Of a stretch of DNA of 32,000 nt, positions 9,469-17,791 are shown piece after piece. Location of the stretch: NCBI GenBank assembly GCA_963675915.1, contig OY780959.1:2550001-2582000 (forward strand), in the 5' to 3' direction. Positions within the stretch are counted from its first letter, which is position 1, and each line of letters begins with the position of its first letter. Made by a program: the position numbers and the translations under genes. The notes under the pieces were generated by a model, which worked only from the letters and a program-made list of their open reading frames with translations, did no database searches and had not been told where the DNA came from. Source of the stretch: Coprobacillaceae bacterium (GTDB taxonomy: Bacteria; Bacillota_I; Bacilli_A; Erysipelotrichales; Coprobacillaceae).

Positions 9469-10470
9469 ATGCGTGTAGCAGTCTGCCAGGAAAGAGTTGT
9501 CGGTAATTTCCCTTCTCGCGAGACTTTGATTGAGTATTGGAGATCGCAGCTGGCGAAAATCCCCATTATCGATAGTGTTACTTTCCACGATGTATTCACA
9601 GTTCAAAGGGCGGCTGAAATATTTAGTGATGCCGATGTCGTATTAGGAGTAAATATCGTTGACGACTATTTTGATGAGGCTTTTTTCGCAAACTATCCTG
9701 ATGTCAAATATGTTTCCACCCATGCCCATGGTTATGGGCGCATTGATGGCGTTGCGGCCAGAAAAGCCGGAGTGACCTTTACTAATACTTTATATGGGCA
9801 AAGCACTGTAGCTCAGTATACTATGGCCTTGCTTCTTGAAATCTGTCATGGAACCTATCAGCAGTCAAAACTCTATAAAGCGCATGTCGATGCATTGGCA
9901 ACAGGAAACAATTCTAAACTAAAAATAGCCAGAAGACAGTATGAACTTGCGAATCGGACAATTGGAATAGTAGGTTTAGGCAATATCGGATTTGAAGTTG
10001 CTAAAATGGCCCATGCGTTCAATATGAAGGTTATCGGATATAACCGATCTGTTAAAGAAGATCCGGAATACAGTTTTATCGAACAGGTATCGCTGGAAAA
10101 ACTATATCATGAAAGTGACGTTATCTCATTGCATTGCGCCCTGAGCGAAGAAACTTATCATCTTTTGGATGAAGCGGCCTTTGACAAGATGAAAAATCAG
10201 ATCATCTTGCTTAACACCGCCAGAGGAGCAATCATAGATGAATCGGCGTTGATTGACGCGCTGCAAAGCGGCAAGATCTATGCGGCAGGTTTGGATGTGG
10301 TTGAAAATGAACCATTGACAGAAAGACATCCACTGATGGAATTTGAACAAGTACTGTTGACACCTCATATCGCTTGGCTGTCAGAAGCTTCCCGCTATCG
10401 GACAATTGAAATAGCGGTTGATAATTTCAAATCATGGTTGGATGGAAGTCCCAAGAGCACGATTATATAA
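9469..10470 (+). CDS. D-isomer-specific 2-hydroxyacid dehydrogenase, NAD-binding (second copy, divergent from 3822-4763)
   Basis: 333-aa ORF with SD AAGGTGA. Motifs: GIVGLGNIGFEVAK, NTARG, LDVVENEP and TPHIAW. Confidence 0.85.
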   Translation: MRVAVCQERVVGNFPSRETLIEYWRSQLAKIPIIDSVTFHDVFTVQRAAEIFSDADVVLGVNIVDDYFDEAFFANYPDVKYVSTHAHGYGRIDGVAARKAGVTFTNTLYGQSTVAQYTMALLLEICHGTYQQSKLYKAHVDALATGNNSKLKIARRQYELANRTIGIVGLGNIGFEVAKMAHAFNMKVIGYNRSVKEDPEYSFIEQVSLEKLYHESDVISLHCALSEETYHLLDEAAFDKMKNQIILLNTARGAIIDESALIDALQSGKIYAAGLDVVENEPLTERHPLMEFEQVLLTPHIAWLSEASRYRTIEIAVDNFKSWLDGSPKSTII

Positions 10471-10479
10471 ATATAAAAG

Positions 10480-10516
10480 AAGATACTTTGGCGTCAAGTC
10501 GAATTATCTTTTTTTG
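10480..10516 (+). terminator. Rho-independent terminator closing the nine-gene operon
   Basis: Arms AAGATAcTTTG / CGAAtTATCTT with a 9-nt loop, followed by a T7 run, starting 10 nt after the stop codon. Confidence 0.6.
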
Positions 10517-11183
10517 TGATTCGGCCATTGCTCTTTAGATGATCTGCTTGTAGGTAGTGCTTACTTCGGCTAAATTCTTCACTGCGGTTTTCGGGCCTCG
10601 CTTGAGGATAATTAATCAGCTGAAACGAGGATAAGGGTTCCATTTGTTTCATTTGAGGTTGAATTGGAGAAAAAAGTAATTTAAAATATAGATATGGACA
10701 TTACATGATTTACAATACTGAAAACCGACCTGTTCAGTGGATGGGAAGTTTTCAATTTCAGGGGATTCATTCTTGGTTAAGTGATTTGAAATATTCGGTG
10801 GTGGTTCTGTCTATAATCTGACAATTAGCCAATTATCGCCGGAAGACAAGGGAGGATTGAAATTTTTTCGTAATTATTTTTGAAAAATTTTTAACTTTTT
10901 GACAGCGCAATTCATAAAATTGTCATAAACGACTAAAATAGCTGATTTGAGCGGTGTTTTAGCTTTTTAGCACTCCTAGGGTTATCAATACATAACAACC
11001 TTAGGTGGTGGTTAAAGTTGCTTTGGAGGCGGGGTGTCAATTTGGTTGTGATTTGACAAATATCAGTTGCTTTGATAGTGTTGAATAGAAAAAAATCGGT
11101 TACATTAAAATAAATCAACATGTATTGGGGACTTCACATGTTTTTATTATGTCTGTAACTTTAATTTTGGAAGGAAGAAAAAT

Positions 11184-13061
11184 ATGAATGAAAGAGAAAA
11201 AGAACGACTAAAATCCAAGAAAATATTAGCGGATAAATTAGAAAAAGCTGAAGCCGAAGCCCGGAAAAAAGCGATTAAAAATCGTAAACGTTTCAAGGGG
11301 TTGCAAATAAGGCCGACGCCTTCACTGTTTGATGAAGAAGGGCGCCAGGAGCCGGGGGAGAATAACTGGTCCGGTTTGGGCTTTGACCTTCATCCTCAGG
11401 TAACATTAATTTCAATTGTTTTATTGGTTGCATTTATTTCAATGACCTTGTTATATCCTGCTGTAGCTGAGCAGACTTTCTCGGATTTGATGTCAGGAAT
11501 AACTAAAAATGCCGGATGGTTTTTTATATTTTCGGCTAATATCTTCATTATAGCAGCGCTTTATTTCGCGTTTGGTAAATACGGGAATATAAAAATCGGT
11601 GGTAACCATGCTAAACCCGAGTTCAGCAAATTCGGATGGTATGCGATGTTGCTTAGTGCCGGTATGGGAATTGGGCTGTTGTTCTGGAGTGTTGGAGAAC
11701 CGATCAGTCATCTTCAAAACCCTTCACCGATGTTCGGTCCGATTGAACCGGGATCGCCGGCAGCTGCCCAGGCAGCCATGGCGACTACATTTTTCCATTG
11801 GGGAATCCATCCTTGGGCGGTCTATTCAATAGTCGGTCTGGGATTGGCATTCTTTGCCTATAACCGTGGCTTGCCGCTGACCATCCGTTCCGTGTTCTAT
11901 CCTCTGATAGGTAATAAGATCTATGGATTCTGGGGCAATCTGATTGATGTCCTTTCAGTATTGGCTACTTTAACTGGATTGGCGACATCACTGGGGCTGG
12001 GAGTTGCCCAGGTAAATGCCGGATTGAATTTCCTATTTGGAATAACTATCAACAGCACGGTTCAGGTAGTCCTGATTGCCGGAATTACGGCGATGGCGAC
12101 TATCTCGGTAGTACTCGGTCTCGATGGCGGAGTAAAAAGACTGAGTGAGATTAACATGGTGCTGGCCGGGGTGTTCATGATTTTCATCCTGATTGTCGGA
12201 CCAACTGTATTCATCCTGAGTGGGTTCACTCAAAATACCGGTTATTATTTGTCTCATTTCATTGAAATGAGTTTATGGACTGAAACGTTCCGGGATACCA
12301 ACTGGCAAGGAGCGTGGACAGTCTTCTATTGGGCCTGGTGGATTTCATGGTCACCATTTGTCGGAATGTTCATTGCCCGTATCTCCAAAGGGAGAACGGT
12401 TCGGGAATTCATTTTGGGTGTATTGCTGGTTCCATCACTACTGTCATTCTTTTGGATGAGTGTATTCGGGGGAACCGCCCTGAATCTTCAAATGAATGGT
12501 ATCGGTGATATCGCCGGGGCTGTGCAAACCGATGTTTCCATTGCCTTGTTCTCAATGTTGGAGAATTTGCCATGGACCCAATTGATTTCGGTAATCGGGA
12601 TTATTCTGGTCACTGTATTCTTCGTTACTTCATCAGATTCCGGTTCATTGGTTGTCGATCACTTGACTTCAGGTGGGAAACTGGATTCACCAGTGCCGCA
12701 ACGGGTTTTCTGGGCAGTGATGGAAGGTGTTGTTGCCGCTACGCTTTTGATTGGTGGAGGACTAACTGCATTGCAGACTGCTTCACTGTTGACGGGTCTG
12801 CCATTCGCACTGCTGCTCCTGTTATTGATTTATGCCCTGGGACTGGGACTCAATCAGGAATTCGAGATTGAGGAAGCAGTACGGATGAAACTGGACGAAG
12901 TTGAAGAAATGCATTTCTTGAATGAGGCCATAACTGCGGTTGTCCAGGAAGAAGCTGAGGCGGAACTCGAAGCTGCTGCGGAAGCTAAAGCTGAAGTCGA
13001 AATTAAATCGGAAGTAGACAATAAAGATTCGGTAGATAGCCAAAAGCCGAAAAAACCATAG
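11184..13061 (+). CDS. BCCT-family (betaine/carnitine/choline) transporter with extended charged N- and C-terminal tails
   Basis: 625-aa ORF with SD GGAAGGAAG. BCCT signature: GWYAMLLSAGMGIGLLFWSVGEPISH. Other blocks: WTVFYWAWWISWSPFVGMFIARIS and FFVTSSDSGSLVVD. Confidence 0.9.
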   Translation: MNEREKERLKSKKILADKLEKAEAEARKKAIKNRKRFKGLQIRPTPSLFDEEGRQEPGENNWSGLGFDLHPQVTLISIVLLVAFISMTLLYPAVAEQTFSDLMSGITKNAGWFFIFSANIFIIAALYFAFGKYGNIKIGGNHAKPEFSKFGWYAMLLSAGMGIGLLFWSVGEPISHLQNPSPMFGPIEPGSPAAAQAAMATTFFHWGIHPWAVYSIVGLGLAFFAYNRGLPLTIRSVFYPLIGNKIYGFWGNLIDVLSVLATLTGLATSLGLGVAQVNAGLNFLFGITINSTVQVVLIAGITAMATISVVLGLDGGVKRLSEINMVLAGVFMIFILIVGPTVFILSGFTQNTGYYLSHFIEMSLWTETFRDTNWQGAWTVFYWAWWISWSPFVGMFIARISKGRTVREFILGVLLVPSLLSFFWMSVFGGTALNLQMNGIGDIAGAVQTDVSIALFSMLENLPWTQLISVIGIILVTVFFVTSSDSGSLVVDHLTSGGKLDSPVPQRVFWAVMEGVVAATLLIGGGLTALQTASLLTGLPFALLLLLLIYALGLGLNQEFEIEEAVRMKLDEVEEMHFLNEAITAVVQEEAEAELEAAAEAKAEVEIKSEVDNKDSVDSQKPKKP

Positions 13062-13150
13062 TTCAATGCGGATGAAGCATCGTCATCTTCAAGATGTTTG
13101 TTTGGATTGGAGTAAGATCTATTCGTTTCAATCAATAACCAGATAATATC

Positions 13151-13180
13151 AAAGCAGAGCGCAGGCTCTGCTTTTTATTT
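13151..13180 (+). terminator. Rho-independent terminator of the BCCT gene
   Basis: GCAGAGC-gcag-GCTCTGC hairpin followed by TTTTTATTTT. Confidence 0.8.
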
Positions 13181-13220
13181 TGGCTAAAAATAAATATTGG
13201 TTAATTTATTACTGAAATAA

Positions 13221-13249
13221 TTGACACCATGAAAGTTAAATGATAATCT
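13221..13249 (+). promoter_or_regulatory. Sigma-A-type promoter for the DUF362/permease genes
   Basis: TTGACA, 17-nt spacer, TAATCT preceded by an extended TGa element. It lies about 65 nt upstream of the CDS. Confidence 0.55.
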
Positions 13250-13313
13250 AATAAAGAACACAGTGTAAATTAAAGCGTTTTTAAAATACTAGATGAAAAA
13301 TGGAGGGGTTATC

Positions 13314-14387
13314 TTGAGTAAACCAAAACGTAAATTAAGAAGACGAATATTATTGGTTCTGACAACTTTTGTGGCAGTATTGATAGTGGCGGTTGCCGTA
13401 TTATTGTTCACCAGTTCTGCAATGACGGTTTTAGTGGGAGTCAACATTGATGAAAAAGTTGAACATGTCAATCACAATGTTACTGCCAATGAAACCATCG
13501 GGACTGATGACTACTCTACAGTCTATCTGACCAGGGAAATAACCCCTGAAGCAATCATGGAAATGTATGAGACATTGGGGGTTGAAGCAACTGGCAATGT
13601 CGCAGTTAAACTGTCGACCGGTGAAGCCGGGAATGACTATCATCTTGATGCGAATCTGATCAAGGATCTCGTTGATGAAGTTGAGGGAACAATTGTCGAA
13701 TGTAACACGGCCTATCCGGGTCAAAGAACCAGCACGGATATTCATATGCAGGTGGCTGAAGATCACGGATTCACAGCTATTGCTGATGTTGATATCATGG
13801 ATACCAATGGCAGCATTTCTATTCCGATTGAAGGAGGTCAATATTTGCAGGAAGACGTGGTCGGGGCAAATATAGCCAATTATGATTTCATGGTTGTGCT
13901 TACTCATTTCAAGGGTCATCCTCAAGGTGGATTCGGTGGAGCAATGAAAAATACTTCGATAGGTTGCGCTTCTCCTGAAGGAAAAGCTCTTATTCATACT
14001 GCCGGAAGTTCGGCTACCAGTATGTTCAATACCTTGTTCCATAAACAGGATGAATTCCTGGATTCAATGGCAGAGGCAGCCAAAGCAATTGATGATTATT
14101 ATGATAATGGTGAAAGGATCATCTATATCAGTGTAATGAACAATTTGTCGGTTGATTGTGACTGTATTGCCAGCCCTGCAGAACCGTCAATGGCTGATTA
14201 CGGAATCTTAGCTTCGCTCGACCCGGTTGCCCTGGATCAGGCCTGTGTCGATATAGTTTATGAAGCTCATGACGGACATGATCTGGTTGAAAGAATGGAA
14301 TCCCGCAATGGACTGGAAATTCTTGAACATGCAAACGAGATTGGGCTGGGAAATCAGGATTACAAACTGGTAAGCCTTGATGATTGA
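13314..14387 (+). CDS. DUF362-domain protein with an N-terminal signal-anchor
   Basis: The ORF opens at ATG 13293, but the in-frame TTG at 13314 sits 5 nt after GGAGGGG and is the likelier start. Basic n-region KPKRKLRRR followed by one TM helix. DUF362-like blocks: VECNTAYPG, THFKGHPQGGFGGAMKNTSIGCAS and SVDCDCIA. Confidence 0.75.
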   Translation: MSKPKRKLRRRILLVLTTFVAVLIVAVAVLLFTSSAMTVLVGVNIDEKVEHVNHNVTANETIGTDDYSTVYLTREITPEAIMEMYETLGVEATGNVAVKLSTGEAGNDYHLDANLIKDLVDEVEGTIVECNTAYPGQRTSTDIHMQVAEDHGFTAIADVDIMDTNGSISIPIEGGQYLQEDVVGANIANYDFMVVLTHFKGHPQGGFGGAMKNTSIGCASPEGKALIHTAGSSATSMFNTLFHKQDEFLDSMAEAAKAIDDYYDNGERIIYISVMNNLSVDCDCIASPAEPSMADYGILASLDPVALDQACVDIVYEAHDGHDLVERMESRNGLEILEHANEIGLGNQDYKLVSLDD

Positions 14388-15279
14388 TGTTTTACAACGG
14401 GAATTTGTGTATCTGTGGTTTTATTTTTCGGTGCAGTTCGCCCAAATATTCCGCTACTGGGCGATTGGGATCGTTGTCGGTTCCATCGTCTCAGTTTTTC
14501 TTAAGGCCAAAATAAAAGGCTGGATGTCATCTTTTGACGGCGATAAACTGGGGATTATCGGAATCATTCCTGCAGCGGTTTTGGGAATCTTGTCTCCGCT
14601 ATGCATGTATGGAACAATCCCGATTGTGGCTTCTTTTGCCAGAAGCGGGATGCGTCAGGATTGGATTGCCTCCTTCATGATGAGTTCAGTTCTGCTTAAT
14701 CCCCAACTGTTTGTTTTCTCGTTTGCCTTGGGCAATGACTTGGCGATTCTCCGTCTGTTAATCAGCTTGCTGGGCGGAATTCTGGCAGGAATATTGGTGC
14801 GTCTGTTTTTCAAAAACAAATCATTTTACAAGATGGAACAGTTCGAAGCCCGTAAATCGCGGGATACTGATCCTAATATCGGGTTGCGGGTTTTGAAGAA
14901 CATCTATCGCAATGTCAAAATCACTTTGCCGTATTTGTTAATCGGGGTCTTGCTTACGGCTTTATATCAAAGATATGTCCCGTCGCAGTGGATTACAATG
15001 TTGTTTAGGGAAGATCGGGGATTCGGCACTTTGATGGCCGCGGCAATCGGGGTTCCGCTTTATACATGTGGTGGCGGAACAATTCCGATTATCGATGCCT
15101 GGCTAGCGGCCGGAATGAGCAGCGGCAGTGCGATTGCCTTCATGATCGCTGGTCCGGCAACCAAGATTTCGAATCTAGGCGCTCTCAAGATTGTTCTGAC
15201 CAACCGCCATTTTACGATTTATTTGGCTTTTGCCATTATCTATGCTTCACTGAGCGGGTTTATTCTTAACTTGATTTAG
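14380..15279 (+). CDS. Predicted permease of the ArsP_1 / YraQ type (PF03773-like)
   Basis: Polytopic membrane ORF. ATG 14380 overlaps the DUF362 stop codon by 8 nt. Duplicated Cys-containing motifs: LSPLCMYGTIPIV and PLYTCGGGTIPII. Block AFMIAGPATKISNL. Confidence 0.75.
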   Translation: MIDVLQREFVYLWFYFSVQFAQIFRYWAIGIVVGSIVSVFLKAKIKGWMSSFDGDKLGIIGIIPAAVLGILSPLCMYGTIPIVASFARSGMRQDWIASFMMSSVLLNPQLFVFSFALGNDLAILRLLISLLGGILAGILVRLFFKNKSFYKMEQFEARKSRDTDPNIGLRVLKNIYRNVKITLPYLLIGVLLTALYQRYVPSQWITMLFREDRGFGTLMAAAIGVPLYTCGGGTIPIIDAWLAAGMSSGSAIAFMIAGPATKISNLGALKIVLTNRHFTIYLAFAIIYASLSGFILNLI

Positions 15280-15344
15280 CATATTCTCCGGTTATTTGAT
15301 ACAATAGGTAATAAAGATAAACAGATTTGATAGGAGTAATACAT

Positions 15345-16124
15345 ATGGAAAATAACGAAATCAAGGTTCGGGAATTCAATTGTCAGCGGGATGGGCTGAA
15401 TATCTGGGGCAAGGAGTTTATTCCGAGCAGCAATGCCAATAAGAGCTTGCCGGCAATCATCATTTCTCATCCGTTCATGGTAACAGCATCCTATGTCGAA
15501 CATTACGCCAGGCTCATGGCTGAATGGGGATATGCCACTTTCATTTTCGATTTTTGCGGCGGGGGTAACGGCAGTCGCAGTGACGGCCGAACGTCGGATA
15601 TGTCGGTGTTCACCGAGGCTTTGGATCTTGGGGCTGTTATCGATTATGTCAAGAGTTTGTCAGCAATCAATGACGAGGAAATCATCCTGATGGGATGTAG
15701 CCAGGGTGGTTTTGTCTCGGCGATTGTAGCGGCGCAGTTAAAAGAACAAATAGCTGGACTGATCATGTTCTATCCGGCCCTTTGCATCCCGGAATTCTGC
15801 CGAGGAGGCAATATGCTGGGAACTCGTTTTGATCCTAATAACATTCCTGACATAATCAATACCTGGGGGATGCTAATTGGCCGAGTTTACGTGGAATCGG
15901 TCATGGATATGGATGTCAATCAATATCTACCTGCTTATCAGGGACCGGTATTGATCACTCATGGAGATCATGACAGTGTTGTCGATCTCAGGTTTTCAGT
16001 CGAGGCCGACAAATATTACCATAATAGTGAACTTCTTGTCATCAACGGCGGGCAACACGGTTATTCGCCCAAACATGACCGAATTGCCCTTGAATCTGTT
16101 CGAAAGTTTCTCAGTAAAATCTAG
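15345..16124 (+). CDS. Alpha/beta-hydrolase-fold serine esterase (cinnamoyl/feruloyl-esterase-like)
   Basis: I chose the start at ATG 15345, 9 nt after AGGAG. Nucleophile elbow GCSQGG. Acid and His contexts: HGDHDSVVD and GGQHGY. Confidence 0.8.
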   Translation: MENNEIKVREFNCQRDGLNIWGKEFIPSSNANKSLPAIIISHPFMVTASYVEHYARLMAEWGYATFIFDFCGGGNGSRSDGRTSDMSVFTEALDLGAVIDYVKSLSAINDEEIILMGCSQGGFVSAIVAAQLKEQIAGLIMFYPALCIPEFCRGGNMLGTRFDPNNIPDIINTWGMLIGRVYVESVMDMDVNQYLPAYQGPVLITHGDHDSVVDLRFSVEADKYYHNSELLVINGGQHGYSPKHDRIALESVRKFLSKI

Positions 16125-16145
16125 GAGGAAAATTCCTCCTTTTTA
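16123..16145 (+). terminator. Rho-independent terminator
   Basis: AGGAGGaaaattCCTCCT hairpin followed by TTTTTAT. It overlaps the stop codon. Confidence 0.8.
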
Positions 16146-16445
16146 TGATTGAATATTATCCGATTGTGAAGCAAATATTGCAAGCGGGAGATGTTTATTG
16201 AGTTGCCCGAAAAAGCGGCACTAGGTCTTGACTATGGTTATAACTGTATATGTATGGATCATCATATTTTCAAGGGGACAAGGTCATGATGTCTTAATCG
16301 CCAAGATAATATTAATATCCGATATTTGTTAAAATAATTGCTTATCAATATCTAGATATTTGTTTTAGATTATGTTATTATTATATAGCTGACTGATACT
16401 TTATTCAGGAAACTGATGCCATAAAGTATATCAGCAAATGTAATT

Positions 16446-16522
16446 GTGTCTATAGCTCAACTGGATAGAGCACCAGACTCCGACTCTGGAGGTTGCAGGT
16501 TCAAGTCCTGTTAGGCACACCA
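16446..16522 (+). tRNA. tRNA-Arg (anticodon CCG), CCA encoded
   Basis: Manual cloverleaf fold. Acceptor stem GTGTCTA/TAGGCAC (one G-U pair). D arm GCTC-AACTGGATA-GAGC. Anticodon arm CCAGA-CTCCGAC-TCTGG. Variable loop AGGTT. T arm GCAGG-TTCAAGT-CCTGT. Discriminator A plus CCA. Confidence 0.92.
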
Positions 16523-16538
16523 TTTTAAAATCAGGCAG

Positions 16539-16568
16539 GCAGATATCGTCAGATAACTGTCTGTTTTT
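16539..16568 (+). terminator. Possible terminator downstream of the tRNA
   Basis: Weak stem gCAGATA...TGTCTGt (includes G-U pairs) with a 12-nt loop, then a T5 run. Confidence 0.4.
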
Positions 16569-16718
16569 GTTTTGCTGGTACTAAATTTGAAAAATATGAA
16601 AATCACTTGACCTTAAAGTGAACTTTAATAGTATTATGAAGATAATGAAGCAATAGGCGGTCAATTGTGGCCAGACAGCAATAAAATTGCTTTTAATCTA
16701 ATGAAAAGGAGAATGATG

Positions 16719-17597
16719 ATGATATTTGAAGAATTTTACACATTAAACAATGGCGTTGAAATCCCTAAACTTGGCTTGGGGACTTGGTTTATCGAAGATA
16801 AGGATGCAGCTCAAGCTGTATGTGATGCGGTGGAAATCGGTTATCGCCATATCGATACTGCTCAAGCGTATGGAAATGAAAAAGGAATCGGTGAAGGAAT
16901 CAAGAAATGTGGTGTTGATCGCAAGGAACTATTCATCGTTACCAAACTGGCAGCGGAAATCAAAGATTATGAAGGGGCGGTAGCCGCTATTGAAGGATCG
17001 TTGGAAGCTTTGGGGCTTGATTATATTGATATGATGCTGATCCACAGTCCAAAACCTTGGATGGAATACAGTGAAGAGGACCGTTTCTTCGAAGGTAACA
17101 AGGAAGCTTGGCGCGCCTTGGAAGATGCTTATAAAGCCGGTAAGCTTCGGGCAATCGGGGTTTCCAACTTCGTCGAAGAAGATTTGGATAATATTCTTTC
17201 AACATGTACAGTTAAACCGATGGCAAATCAAATGTTGGCCCATATCACCAACACACCATTTGAATTGATGGAATACACTGCTGCCAAAGGGATTCTAGTT
17301 GAGGCTTACTCACCAATCGCTCATGGGGAAGCAATGAAAAATCCTAAAATTGTCGAAATGGCTGAAAAATACTCAGTGACCGTTCCCCAACTTTGCATCC
17401 GTTATGACCTGCAGTTGGGAACTGTGCCATTACCAAAAACAGCTAATCCAGAACATATGAAAAGCAATGCTCAAGTTGATTTCGTGATTAGTGATGAAGA
17501 TATGGAAACTTTAAAAAATCTCGACAAGATCAAAGATTACGGAGAGTCTAGCTTCTTCCCGGTTTTTGGGGGAAATTTAAAAGAACAAATGGGATAG
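16719..17597 (+). CDS. Aldo/keto reductase (2,5-diketo-D-gluconate-reductase / YvgN-like)
   Basis: Three consecutive ATGs lie at 16713-16721; 16719 sits 7 nt after AAGGAG. The ORF-track start at 16665 is unlikely. Motifs: LGLGTW, GYRHIDTAQAYGNE, VTKL, LIHSP and AYSP. Confidence 0.88.
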   Translation: MIFEEFYTLNNGVEIPKLGLGTWFIEDKDAAQAVCDAVEIGYRHIDTAQAYGNEKGIGEGIKKCGVDRKELFIVTKLAAEIKDYEGAVAAIEGSLEALGLDYIDMMLIHSPKPWMEYSEEDRFFEGNKEAWRALEDAYKAGKLRAIGVSNFVEEDLDNILSTCTVKPMANQMLAHITNTPFELMEYTAAKGILVEAYSPIAHGEAMKNPKIVEMAEKYSVTVPQLCIRYDLQLGTVPLPKTANPEHMKSNAQVDFVISDEDMETLKNLDKIKDYGESSFFPVFGGNLKEQMG

Positions 17598-17607
17598 ATC
17601 TGATTGA

Positions 17608-17642
17608 CTGTACCCGCCGCATCACGGCGGGTACAGTTTTTT
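17608..17642 (+). terminator. Rho-independent terminator
   Basis: 12-bp perfect stem CTGTACCCGCCG-catca-CGGCGGGTACAG followed by a T6 run. Confidence 0.92.
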
Positions 17643-17670
17643 GTTTTCTCGCTTTTATCAGATGGTGTTT

Positions 17671-17699
17671 TTGCAAGTGGCAACTAATTGTAGTATGAT
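17671..17699 (+). promoter_or_regulatory. Sigma-A-type promoter for the RibD_C-family gene
   Basis: TTGCAA, 17-nt spacer, TATGAT. Confidence 0.55.
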
Positions 17700-17791
17700 T
17701 AAATTATCAAAAAGCATGATTAAGAGGTCTTTTTTGGTGATTGCATATATCCTGATATGAATTTTCAGGACATTAGATTCAGGAGGGGCTT

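Noticed and set aside
10494-10652. 52-codon minus-strand ORF (MKQMEPLSSFQLINYPQARPENRSEEF...) in the long intergenic gap. The 62-aa ORF at 10933-11121 falls in the same category.
   Set aside because: There is no SD before either Met, no recognisable motif, and its 3' end runs through the operon terminator hairpin. It may be a gene remnant, but I cannot support it as a gene.
10517-11183. Riboswitch or T-box leader upstream of the BCCT gene.
   Set aside because: I could not match glycine, THF, T-box or other consensus cores that I know by eye. I kept it as a low-interest finding for a covariance-model scan rather than annotating it as a feature.
13431-14042. 203-aa minus-strand ORF lying entirely inside the DUF362 gene.
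   Set aside because: It is a shadow ORF antisense to a CDS with clear family motifs. It has no SD, and its composition (Ser/Arg/Ile/Phe-rich) is typical of antisense frames. The same reasoning applies to 27247-27915 (222 aa, antisense to copA), 6737-7201 and 6948-7415 (antisense to the aminotransferase), 4500-4829, 21216-21593 and 23447-23821.
16146-16718. The lone tRNA-Arg(CCG) with AT-rich flanks as the boundary of an integrated genomic island. An imperfect inverted repeat, CTGATACTTTAT / ATAAAGTAtaTCAG, lies at 16393-16434 just upstream.
   Set aside because: No integrase, recombinase or phage gene follows. I could not find a direct repeat of the tRNA 3' end downstream by eye, and I see no obvious compositional shift. 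The inverted repeat has no identifiable function.
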